This document shows positions 12,708 to 24,669 of a stretch of DNA of 64,000 nt, piece after piece. Positions within the stretch are counted from its first letter, which is position 1; each line of letters begins with the position of its first letter. A program made the position numbers and the translations under genes. Below the pieces are notes generated by a model. The model had not been told where the DNA came from. It was given only the letters and a program-made list of their open reading frames with translations, and made no database searches. Source of the stretch: Mobula hypostoma (Eukaryota). The DNA lies in the NCBI RefSeq assembly GCF_963921235.1, contig NC_086097.1:115756001-115820000 (forward strand), given 5' to 3'.

Positions 12708-15459
12708 TATATCATAATCAGAAACAGAAACAATTTATTACCACTGACATATGTTGTGGGATTTGTTGTTTTGCGGCAGCAATACAGTGCAAGACAGAAA
12801 ATAACTGTAAGTTACAAAGGTAAATAAGTAGTGCAAAAGACAAATAAAGTATTGTTGATGGATTCATAGACTATTCAGAAATATGACGGCATATCATAAG
12901 AAACTATTCCTAAAACATCAAGTGTAAGTTTCCACTGGGGAAAAGACTGTTACCATCTCCTTATCTATTCCTCTCATAATTTTAAACTCCTTTATAAGGT
13001 CACCTCTCATTTTCTGATGTTCCAAGGCTCAAGACACTAAGGCCCTGCTGATCACTAAGAGGACCTACTCTTTCCTTAGCAACCGATTTACTTTTAATAA
13101 GGATATAGAACTTCTTGGATTTTCGTTAACCTTACCTGCCAGATCAATGTCACACTCTCTCTTTGCCCTCCTAATTTCCCTCCTGGGAGCATTCTTTATC
13201 TTCCCTTTTCATAGCTAATGTGGGATTCACTGGACCCTGACCTCCGAAACCCAATGAATGCTTCCTTCTGTTTCCAGACCCGAGCCTCAACATTTTTTGG
13301 CAGCCAGGGTTATCATATCTTGCCTGGTTTACCATTCACAATAGCAAGAACATGCTGTTCCTGAATCTTTGATATCATACTCTTTCCCTTCAAACAAACT
13401 CACCCAATCAACTTCTGCTAGAACTTCTACAAAGTTAGTCTTGCTCCTGTTAAGAAAGTGACTTCATTTTTCTTTTAGAAAACTTGTTTTGCCTGCTTCA
13501 TTGACAACAGCTCTTTACAAGTTCCACAGTGATCAAGATATGGAAAGAGTGGAATGGACTGGGGTAAGTTGTGCTGGAGCGGGAGCAAATGCACAATAAA
13601 ATTCAATGTCTGATTTCAGGAGGGAGTGTTTGGCATCCAGGTAAAACATTATTTTCTCTTCCAGAATCCAGAAGAAGCTCATTTTGTCTTTGAAAAAAGG
13701 AAAATTAGTATTTTGTCAGTGTGTTGAGTTCAGGCAATGGCAAAAAAAAAAGGCCTAACTAGATCGTAGCCTTTGTTCAGGGCAAACCAGAATGAGGAAG
13801 AAGTCCCAAAATATCATCATCAACATATTCAATGCATCCAACATCAGTATTAGTGCTGCCAGAGATGTCTGAATGGCCATTTGACCTAAATCATATTTCA
13901 GCCAACTTTTGGATGTGGAACTTTATAAATTTGGCTTTCCTCAACCAGTGCCATAACTCACTCACCTCCAGTCTCCACCAAAATGTGGGTTATTTTCTTC
14001 CTCCTAAATTACTAACTGTCACCCATAGGAGCATCCCATTTATAGGACTACATGCTGCATTCTGTAAAATGTGTGATACAATAAAGCTTTTAGTCTTTGT
14101 TTCTCTTTAGATTTAGTACGTATATTCTTTGATAAATATAAATAGATTTAGAAAAATAAAAGGTAACTGCTGCTTTTAATGTTCAAAGGCTTTGAGAGGA
14201 ACAAACGCTCGTAAAGCATATTCATTTATGTTTTGAGCTCCTAACCAATTGATTAATTTAGAGAGTTTTCATAATTATCCATTGTGTAAGAATTGCATTA
14301 CTTAATGCCCTTTTTAAGAAATATAATTTGTGTGAAATTAATATAGATTCCTGATATAGTTACAAATCCAGTTTCAAGCAGATATTGGTCTTAGTGGGAA
14401 TGAATTAACATCAACATTTATAGGGCTAGAGTTTAGTTCAATTTATGGTATAAACTATATAAATCACTCAACTCATTAACTCTGTATGCTCTATCTAGTG
14501 ATTTAGTTCCATGCTTAATCTATAGGTCACCTTGAGCTTTTCCATGACATGGATATGGATTTAATTGAATTGGAATCTTAGATTTTAGATACTTCAGCCA
14601 AAGTTGAAGACTCAAAAGCAAAGTCTAGTTTATTGCCCTGCAGGCAAGAAAGTGTATGCACAGGTGTAATGAAAACCCTACTTGCAGTTACAAGACAGGC
14701 ATATAGCATCCTATAATAAGCATTCACAAGAAAGCATAAACGTAGCATAAATGATTCAATTTTTACAAGAAAGAAAACAATTAGAGCAAAAACAAAGTTC
14801 ATCGTGCAGAGTAATTGAAGTTGTCATAGTGTTGCTAACTCTATTCATTGGGGTTATGTTGGTTTGTTACTAGATAGCTGAGGGGAAGTAGCTGTTCTTG
14901 AACTGGTGGTGTGAGACTTCTGGCTCTGTACTTCCTACCTGATGGTAGAGGTTAGCCTGGCCTAGATGGTGGAGATCTTTTATGATGAATCATGACTTCT
15001 TGAGGTCTATTTGAGGTAGTGCCTCCCCCAAACACCAGCGATGTTGGGGAGTGAAGTTGCTGTGTGGTACTGGGGACTCCAGTACTTCATAATCATAAGT
15101 CATCTTTCCTGGAATATGTAGTCATTACATGTCCTTGTGTGCTTTAATTCATTGGCAAGAAGCAGGAAACCAAAGGACTCTGTATAATATTGCATAGCAA
15201 TACATTTCCTTGAATACCTTGTGATATGTTATTTTTCTAAATTAAATATGAAGAGACCTTTAATGTCATTGATCTTGATCGTGATGTGGGGCACCTCAAA
15301 TATCCCAAATTAGTATTTTCCATATATTTCTAAAGAGTCAAATGGTTTGGCCAGAAATCATGGAATTAATAAATTTAAAATAGACAAGACTACACAATAT
15401 TGAAATATCATCTAATGGCTTCTTGAATATACAAAACTATTTGAAGGAAACTATTGATA

Positions 15460-16735
15460 GGTAACAGTTAATTAAGGTGGTAAGGAAGGCAAATGCGATG
15501 TTGGTATGCATTTCGAAAGGACTAGAATAGATGAGCAAGGATGTAATTCTGAGGCTTTATAAGGCATTGGTCAGACTGGACTTGGAGTATGGTGAGCAGT
15601 TTTGGACCCCTTATCTAAAAAAGGACATGCTGGAATTGGAAATGGTGCAGAGGAGGTTCATAAGAGTGATCCCAGGAACAAAAGGGTTAATGTATAAGAG
15701 GCATTTGACGGCTCTGAGCCTGTGCTCACTGGAGTTTACAAGAATGAGAGGAGATCTCAGTGATATCCAAGAGTGGATGTTTCCCATAATGGGGGAGTAT
15801 AGGACCAGAGGACACAGCCTCAGAATACTGGGACGTTCATATGGAACAGAGATGAGGAGGAATTTATTTAGCCAGAGGATGATAAATCTATGGAAATCAA
15901 AGTTCAAAGTTCAAAGGTCAAAGTAAATTTATTATTAAAGTACATATATGTCATTTTACATGAACCTGAGATTTATTTTCTTGTGGACATACTCATTAAA
16001 TCCAATAACCATCATAGAACCAATGCAAGACCGTACCAACAGGACAGACAACAGGTGTGCAAAAGATAACCAACTGCGCAAATACAAAAAGGGAAAGAAA
16101 AATAATGAATAAATAAGCAATAAATGTCGAGAACATGAGATGAAGAGTCCTTGAAAGTGAGTCCAAGTTTGTGGGGACATTTCAATGATGGGGCAAGTAA
16201 CATTAAATGAAGTTATCCCCTTTGGTTCAAGAGGCTGATGGTTGAGGGGTAATAATTATTCTTGAACCTGATGGAAGGAGTCTTGAGGCTCCTGTACCTT
16301 CTTCCTGGAGGCAGCAGCAAGAAGAGACCAAAGCCTGTGTGGTGTGGTCCCTGATGATGGTACTGGTTTCCAGCAACAACGCTCTGTGTAGATGAGCTCA
16401 GAAGTGGAGAAGGCTTTACTTTTAGTCAGATTTTCTGTTCAAAGGCATTGGTGTTTCCATATCAGGCTGTGATGCAGTCAGTCAATATAGTCTCCACTGA
16501 ACAACTATGGAAGATTATCAATGTTTTGGATGTTATGCTGAAGGTGCTCTGAAATTATAACACTGAGGAATTTAAAGTTGCTGACCCTCTCCACCTCTGA
16601 TTCTTGATTAGTAAGGGCATCAAAGGTTATAGTGAAAAGGTAGGAGAAAGGGATTGAGAGAGATAATGCTGGAGCAGACTTGAAGGGCCAAGTGGCATGG
16701 ATCTGCTCCTTTGTTTTATGGTCTCATGGTCTTAA
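15460..16735 (+). mobile_element. Degraded CR1 3' portion split by a minus-strand Rex1-like fragment (about 15897-16600)
   Basis: ORF 15531-15926 reads CR1 C-terminus up to NLW, then (aagttca)n tail of the insert; CR1 resumes near 16602 and ends in a (tcttatgg)-like tail. Confidence 0.8.
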
Positions 16736-17780
16736 TAAGCCTAATCAAATACTCCTCCAGTGCACAAAACCAAGCAATTGTGTAAAAGTGTTAGAAGACC
16801 AATAAGACTTCAGCTGAATTATTTTTGACTATTTTCACATGGCGACAAGCTCAGTACTATATGAATACAGGCAATGAGAAAATCCTATTTTCAGATGAAA
16901 GCATTATCTGCAATTGAACTTATTTCTAACATCTTCCTGCGGCAGATGTAGCAATTTTGAACTATGGTTACTGGTCTGCATAACTAATATTGTGAATAAC
17001 TTTCTTCTGCATGTTTTGCCATTGGATCACCAATTTGATAATGTTACCTTTATTTCAGGTAGGAGGAGGGATTGAAATAATGTAGAAAAATTGATTCCAC
17101 ACGACTTTTATTAATGATAAACAAGATATATTCATAGGTAGACCTTAGGGTCAGCTCAAAATGGAAATGATAGCAGTTTACATGTAAAGTTACTGGAGGA
17201 AGAAGCTCTGGTTCATTAAACCAGGGTTTAAATGCAATGGAAATAAAAATCTATGATTGTTATATCTTTTGCTCTTATTAGCTTCAGAAGTATGCTCAGT
17301 AGTAGAGCATGCCCCATTATCAGTGACAGAACGTGGTTTACAGTAGATCTTACCTTTTTCTTGAGTATACCTTGTAGGTATCATCCGTGAAGCCTGATCA
17401 TTATTACGTTTATATCCAAACAATTTGGAAATGTATTTTTAAATATGAATAAAATATAAAGATGCAGGATAATGGATGCTATAAATGACTAAAGAACATT
17501 TATGATTGTTAACTTCTAACGACAGCTAAAGGGGAGATCATTCAAATTTGAATCAATCATTTGTTTCTTTGGAATAAGAAACAATTTAACATTAAGTTTG
17601 GCCCTGTCATGAAAACTGTTTCCTTTATTGGTGATGCAATAATTGTCTAAAATATTTCTGAGAGTATAGCACAAAATATAAGGATTAATGGGCTACTCAA
17701 CCTCTATTGCCTGCTCATCCATTCAATAAGATATTTCAGTTTAGCTTCACTTTTCTCTACTGGTATTATTTCTCTTATCT

Positions 17781-18550
17781 CATGCCCCATGCTGCACAAA
17801 ACATTGCATATCATTTGTGAAAGAAGGCTCCAAGTCAAGGGTGTACAGCATAGGCTCACGATCAAGCATACTTTCTTCAGCCAATGATTGGTGTGTCAAG
17901 GCTGACCTGGATGGGAAAGGCAGTTTCCCGGAGCAAATAGCTTTCACCACATTGCGTCCAGATATAATCGTATGGTCTGACACCAGTAGAGAAGCAGTTA
18001 TTGGTGAACTCACAGTCCCCTGGGAAGACAACATCGATGAAGCCCATGAGCGCAAGTTAACCAAGTATGCAGAGTTGAGATCAGAGTGCAGAGACAGAGG
18101 GTGGAAGGTCTCATGCTATCCATTCGAAGTAGGCTGCCATGGGTTTATTGCGTTCATTCTCCAGAAGTGGCTGCGTGACCTTGGCTTCACTAGAAGAGAG
18201 ATCAAGTCAACCAGCAGGGCTGCAGCTGAGGCAGCAGAGAAAGGATCATTATGGGTGTGGACCAAGTATGTCCAGAGGGGCAGATAGTCAGACAGTGTAT
18301 ACATATCTTGCAAACCCTTCAGTAGTTGCATAGACACCTGAAGAGTAGACTATCTGTTGGATGGAAGTAACCAACAACTCTGATAGAGGCAGATGCCAAG
18401 TTTTTAAGCTCACCAGTGGGAGATGGTGCTTTAGCACTGCTGGCCCACCACCTCAAAGGAGTCTTGATCATAAGCGGGCCGAAACTCCTGAAGACAGATG
18501 GCAGATCAACTGATGATCCCACTGGTGATAGCACAGGACAGTTAACATCT
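17781..18550 (+). mobile_element. 3' end of an RLE-type (R2 group, HERO-like) non-LTR retrotransposon
   Basis: Uninterrupted peptide LRPDIIVW...ELTVPWE...ERKLTKY...FEVG followed by about 260 bp of 3' UTR; lies inside an old minus-strand CR1. Confidence 0.85.
17817..18287 (+). CDS. Restriction-like endonuclease domain (PD..E..K..KY type) of a HERO/R2-like LINE, 5'-truncated
   Basis: 156-aa ORF with RPD, ELT-PW, K..KY and EVG motifs typical of RLE domains. Confidence 0.8.
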   Translation: MKEGSKSRVYSIGSRSSILSSANDWCVKADLDGKGSFPEQIAFTTLRPDIIVWSDTSREAVIGELTVPWEDNIDEAHERKLTKYAELRSECRDRGWKVSCYPFEVGCHGFIAFILQKWLRDLGFTRREIKSTSRAAAEAAEKGSLWVWTKYVQRGR

Positions 18551-18592
18551 TAGTCCATGTGTATTTTGTAACTCTCTTGATTCTCTTAATTT

Positions 18593-18651
18593 GAAATGGT
18601 GGAGCAGACTCAATGGGCCAAATAGCCTACTTCTGCTCCTATATCTTATGG
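18593..18651 (+). mobile_element. Minimal CR1 3'-UTR insertion with 9-bp TSD
   Basis: CR1 3' UTR end ggagcagactcaatgggccaaatagcctacttctgctcctatatcttatgg; tcttaattt at 18584-18592 and 18652-18660. Confidence 0.75.
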
Positions 18652-19129
18652 TCTTAATTTCTAAAAGCTTTTCAATCTCTTTCTTGAATGTAATGATTGA
18701 GTCTCCACAGAGGATAGAAAATTCTAAATATAATGCCATCTGGATGAAAACATTTCTGTCTATTACATTTTTTTAGTGGCCAACCACTTAGTTAGAGATT
18801 CTAACCCTGGTTCATGATACTTCAGTAAAGGAAAACATCACCTGCAGTTGCACTATCAAACTCCATTTACAGTTCAAGTTTTCAAAAAACAATGTCTCAT
18901 TCCTTTAAACTCTATGGAATATAGGTCCAGTTTATTAATCTCTCATCATATTATAAGCCATCTGATGAATTGCCGTACCCTCTCTAATGCAAGTACATTC
19001 TTCCTTGAGTAAGGATTCCATACCTGATACAGTATTCCATGTGGACTTCTCACCAGGGCACTTTATAATTGTAGTAAGATCTTGTTGTTTGTGTAATCAA
19101 ATTATCTTGTAATAAATGACACATATAGA

Positions 19130-19622
19130 TACATAGAGGAGGTTCACCAGAATGATCTTAGGAATGAAAGAGTTAATGTCTGAGGAGTGTTGATGGCTCC
19201 AGGTTTATACTCACTGGAGATCAGTAAAATGAAGGAGGATCTCATTGAAACTTCTAGAATACTGAAAGACCTAGATAGAGTGGACATGGAAAGGATGTAT
19301 TCTATAATGGGGGACTGGAGGGCACCACCTCCAAATGGAAAGATGTCCCTTTAGAACAGATGCAAAGAGTATTTTCTTTAACCAGAGGGTGGTGAATCTG
19401 TGGAATTCATTGTTACAGATGACTGTGGAGGCCAAGCCATTGAGTATATTTAAAGAGTTTAAGAGTTTGATAGGATCTTGATTAGGTAGGGCGTCAAAGG
19501 TTATGGTGAGAAGGCAGGAGAAGGGGATGAGAGAGATAATGCGTCAATCATGATGGAATGGTGGAGCAAACTGGATCAGCAAAATGACCCAATTCTACTC
19601 CAATGTCTTATGGTCTTATGGA
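19130..19622 (+). mobile_element. Degraded CR1 3' fragment
   Basis: cagagggtggtgaatctgtggaattc (QRVVNLWNS) and (tcttatgg)n tail. Confidence 0.8.
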
Positions 19623-19829
19623 CAATAATCGGAATATTCATGATAATCTAAGGTTCTGATAAGACCAGTGTAGCTTTACAGGAAAGGTTCTTCTCCAAGC
19701 AACATGGAAGAAAACAAAACTGTTGGCCTAAATAGATGTATCACAAGTCCTGGCTAGTACCTCTACAAACTTTTAGGTTGGAGGTCCACACTTTCTAAAT
19801 GGCCTTAGCATATTTCACTTCACATAATG

Positions 19830-20619
19830 TGTTGGTCCCCAACCACCGGGCCGCGGACCAGTACCGGGCCGTATAGCATGTGCTACTGAGCCGCAGGGAA
19901 ATGATATGAGTCAGCTGCACCTTTCCTCATTCCCTGTCATGCACTGTTGAACTTGAACATAGGGTTGTCAACTGTCCCGTATTTGCCGGGACATCCCATA
20001 TATTGGGCTAAATTGGTTTGTCCCATACAGGACCGCCCTTATCCCGTATTTCCCCTGCTAAGGTACAGCTTTCCTATGAAATCTTTCATGCCGAAATGGC
20101 GTAAAGCGAAGAAGAAATTACCATTAATTTATATGGGAAAATTTTTGAACATGCCTAGACCCAAAAAATAACCTACCAACTCATACCAAATAACACATAA
20201 AACCTAAAGTAACACAAACACATTGTAAAAGCAGGAATGATATGATAAATACACAGCCTATATAAAGTAGAAATGATGTATGTACAGTGTAGTCAGGAAG
20301 ATTAAGCCAAAACCAATTTGTGGAAAAAAAATCGGCACGTACGCACATGCGCACACAGGTGCCCGTGTGAGGCTTCATAGCAAGCAAACGCAAGGTAGTC
20401 TTTCTCTGGGTAAACACAAGTGTCCCGTATTTGACTGCTACTTTTGTCCCTTATTTGGGAGTGAGAACATTGACAACCCTCACTGTAAAAGACATGTTGA
20501 TGTGAGTTTAACCCTACTTGAACACCACCCCCCCCACCCCCCCCCCGGGTCAGCTGGTCCTCAAGAATATTTTCAATATTAAATTGGTCCGCGATGCAAA
20601 AAGAGGTTGGGGACCCCTG
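19830..20619 (+). mobile_element. hAT (Charlie-like) non-autonomous element with a nested TIR element
   Basis: Termini ggtccccaacc / ggttggggacccctg; 8-bp TSD acataatg (19822-19829) vs acacaatg (20620-20627); first 130 bp homologous to 63674 onward. Confidence 0.85.
19960..20481. mobile_element. Nested MITE with agggttgtcaa / ttgacaaccct TIRs
   Basis: 11-bp perfect TIR; subterminal tgtcccgtattt motif at both ends; absent from the related copy at 63674. Confidence 0.7.
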
Positions 20620-21479
20620 ACACAATGCACCATCTGGTCCCTGGACTGAGATGAAAAGGTGGGGTAAGATGGAGGTGATGGCTGAGTTCCTGACTGAAGC
20701 TTGGCGAGCAGACAAGTGTGGTTTTTAAGACCTCCTGGATGCTGAAGATCTTTAACTACAGATGCTGCCTTCTTCAAATTCAAGTTCAAGTTTATTGTTA
20801 TCTGTGCATACTGTGCATTCAACCAATTGAAACAATATTCCTCCAGACCATGGTGCACCCAAAATACGTATATTGTTGTGACCGTGATCAAAATCACCAG
20901 AGAGACACTGAAGCTGGTGAACATAGCAGTCCTTATTCAGCAAAACAAGCAGCAGGCATCATATTTGAGATACTCTTGGAAGAAGAGGCCTCCCTGACTC
21001 AATATTACCTAACATTTTTATATGCCAAATATCAAAGGTAACAGCAGGACAATTCTATAGTTACAATGTATCCACAATGCTTCCTTTGAATTACATATAA
21101 TTTTGCTAACACCTCCATCTTCAGACCAGCACCCCAGACATCCATGATGAATGTTCATCCCCACTGACTCTGGGCTGCATTCATACATATGCAGACATCT
21201 CAGGTCAAATAGAGTGTTTCATTGTTTGCAAATAACCCCAGTCTGCAGCTCCAAGAACATCATTGTTCTGGGCTACATTTTAAATTCAATCTATAAAACA
21301 CATTCAGCTCTGAAGACAGGTTGCTGTTGAAATTATCATTTGGTATATACCATAACTGCAGATTATGCCCTAAAAATATCACACACAGCACCTAAAACAA
21401 AATATTAGCACAAACAAGTTAATAAAATGTGATTCAAAAAGTATGGGAAGTGTGCAGCTTAAATAATAGTTCTAGGTCA

Positions 21480-22225
21480 TTTTCTTGAGGCTCTGACTAC
21501 AGCGTCTATTCTTAATGGCACAGAAGACGATACCCTTGATGGAACAGGCTGTGTCTACAGCCCTCTGCAGCCTCTTGTGATGTTTCTGCGTTGGAGGCTC
21601 CATTCCAGGTTGTGATGTAAACCTTCAGAATGCTCGCCACCATCGAGCTGCAAAAATGTGCACAAGTCTTTGGTGACAAACCAGATATCCTCAAACTCCT
21701 AATGAAGCAGAGCCACTGGCATGCCTTCCCAGTGATTGCATAAATGTATTAAATCCAGTTGAGATCTTACAAGAGTTTGACACCTAGGGAATGAAGCTGC
21801 TCACCTTTTCCACCATTAACTCCTCAATGAGGACTGGTCGGTATTTTTCCGATTTCTTCCTCCTGAAGTCCAAAATCAGTTCCTTGGCTTTGCTGACACT
21901 GAGTATGAGGTTTTCGTTTCAACACTAGTCAATCAGCAGAACTATTTCACTCCTGTATGCCTTGTAGTCACTATCTGGCATTCTGCTAACTACCGTGATA
22001 ACATCAGCACATTGTGCTGTGCCTAGCCACACAGTCATGAACGTATACAGAGTAGAGCAGGGTGTTGTGGATGCATCAATGAGGTGCGTCCCTGTTGATT
22101 GTCAGTGAGCATGGTGCCATAGTGATCTGCAATGACTATGGTCTCCTGATGTGCAAGTCCAGGACCCAACTGCAGAGGGAGGTAGAGAGGCTTAAGGTTT
22201 TACGCTTGTTGATTAGTAGTGAGGG
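21480..22225 (-). mobile_element. Degraded Rex1/Babar-like LINE RT fragment
   Basis: Reverse complement resembles 53060-53400 and 55040-55250 (ctgctctactctgtatacgttcatgactgtgtggc, LLYSxYxHDCVA). Confidence 0.7.
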
Positions 22226-24119
22226 AAAGATGAAGTAGATGAATAATGAGTAGTGAGAATACCAGTTTTCTCTGCGCAAAAATATCTTTAACATCACTTA
22301 CAACCATCCAAGGGGACAAGGAAGCACCAGCCCTTGTCCTATATTTACCCATCATCGAAATGTCTCAATCTCGCTCTCAAATTGTCCGGTCATCTCAAAT
22401 ATCTCAATTCGATTTCCCTTCTGTTTCTTAAATTCAAGAAAATGCAAAGCCAGCCACAACACAGAACTTCAATTAAATTCTTTTAAGCACTGATATATAC
22501 TGCATTCACTCCCAAGGCCAGTGGATTAAAAATTTGATGGCATAGTACAACGTGTATCTAATCCACAGTAATGAGCTTCTGTGAAAACATCCTTATGAAA
22601 AAAAAGAGAATAAACTGTGGATAAAGAAGTCTCTTGCTTTCTCTCAGTGTAATTCATATGTTAACATGCTGAGATAGCTGTACAGCTGTAGTGACATCTG
22701 ATAATGTGAGGGACATGGCTGCTGCCGCCCGTCATTGTGCATGCATGGATATCATGGGTGACTCTCACCAACAGAGATTTCGGTGAGGCCTGATTGACTG
22801 ATGGAACTTGCCATGGGCTCCATTGCTGCAAATTTGCCACAAGTGAGTCCACTTTATTCTAAACACTGACCCCTCATTGTTTCTCTTCTTTGGGCTCGTC
22901 AGCCCCATGTCAGAGTTGCAAGTTCCACACACACACACAATGTTATTGACGAATCTGACTCTTCAAGCCTACTGGTCACCATCATTATTCACACCACACC
23001 AGTGACTACTTTGCCCTAAAATTGACCTCTTTTGTACTAATTATGTTTTCATGTAAAAATCATATATTTAATTTAGGCTTTTTTTTCTTGTGAATGCTTC
23101 TTATATGATGCTATGTGCCTCCGATGCTGCTGTCAGTAAGCTTTTCATTGTGCCTGTGCATAAGTGTACTTGTCCATATGATGATAAACTTCACTGCGAG
23201 GTGGATCCATTTACTGCTCAGTAATGCCTGACATGATCTCAAAAGGCACAGAATAATATGCCAGTTATATTTGATATTAAAAGGGAATGCATCTGTGAAA
23301 TTTTCAAAAATGCCCAAACTCTTCCCTGTTTCTCAACATCTCTTCCAAAGAAGGTGATTCAACAGACTGGCAATTGATTCTGTCAAAAGGGGGCATGCAT
23401 CAGAAGTCCCAGGGCTGCAGAAGATCTGATTTTCAAAAATTTGACTTCTTGCATTCTCTTCCCGATTCTTCCATGAGGTATTGTCTTGAATCTTTTCACC
23501 AAAAATTCATACAGAGATAGCGAAAAGCAATACCTAGAAACTCACTTTCATGTAAGATCAAACATCATGACATTATGATCCCTGAGGCATCTCTCATTAG
23601 CACGTACTTCCTTATATTCAAGTACCGATAGTTTTCTCACTGACTGGTAATCAGATCAGCTTCACCAGCTCCCCACACACAACCCAGCTACCTCATCCCC
23701 TCAGTTCTCCTGGGATCCACGTGAATGGTGATTAATGCTGACCTTCCCTAGTCTACTCTTCGTAAAATCTGTCTCCAAGGGCTGTCTAGGCTAAAGATGT
23801 CACACTGTGATTTGGAGGAAAATTGATCATCTCTGACTTGTAGGAATTTCAGGTTACAGAAAGTTTTCAGGAGTCGAACCATTAGGTAATCCTTAAACCT
23901 CCCGAAGGTAGTTAGATAATACTTGTCTTCCACCACTAAGGCACAAGAACTGAGAGTAATAATGAAGCCACCAGGAGTATCCAATAGCAATCAGGTTACC
24001 TGGAATAATTACTCCTTTTGCAGAGCAAGCATGTTGAACACAACTGCACCATATAAAACTCGTGTGATAGAAGATATACCACATTATCTTCTGAAAAGCT
24101 GTGAAGCCCTCCCCACCAG

Positions 24120-24566
24120 GAACACATCTACCAGAACAGCTGCCACAAGGAGTTGGCATCCATCATCCAGGACCCGCACAACTCAGGCCTATCTCGCTTC
24201 TAGCTGCTGCCATCAGGAAGGAGCTACAGAAGCCATAGATCCAACACTACCCGTTTCAGGAACAGTTATTAGCCTTAAACCAACCGGCTCCTGAAACAGC
24301 ATGGATAACTTCTCTCACCTCAACACTAAGCTGATTCCACTTTCAAGGACTCTACAGTTCATGCTCTCAGTATTATTTATGTATATTTTTATTGTGTTTG
24401 CACAGATTGTCTTCTTTTTCATTTTGGTTGTTCGCCAGTCTTTGTGTATAATTTTTCAATGATTCTATTGTATGGTATTTCTTTCTTTTGCTGTGAAAAC
24501 CTGCAAGAAAATGAATCTCATACATGCACATACTTTGATAATAAATTCACTTTGAACTTTGAACCT
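24120..24566 (+). mobile_element. Rex1-like 3' fragment with (TTTGAAC)n tail
   Basis: ctgctgccatcaggaaggagctacag; tail tttgaactttgaac near 24551-24564. Confidence 0.7.
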
Positions 24567-24669
24567 TAAAAGTACATTTGCTGTCCAATGTTCCTCATAT
24601 TTTGTTTAGTACTTTAATAACCAGGTATGACTTCTCAGTCAAAATAGATCCACTTTCCCTCCCCCACAT

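Noticed and set aside
13511..13569. Candidate 53-nt exon ending in GTAAGT
   Set aside because: No recognisable peptide; the sequence resembles a decayed LINE 3' end.
17190..17423. 77-aa minus-strand ORF in unique DNA
   Set aside because: No motif and no convincing splice-site pair; length expected by chance.
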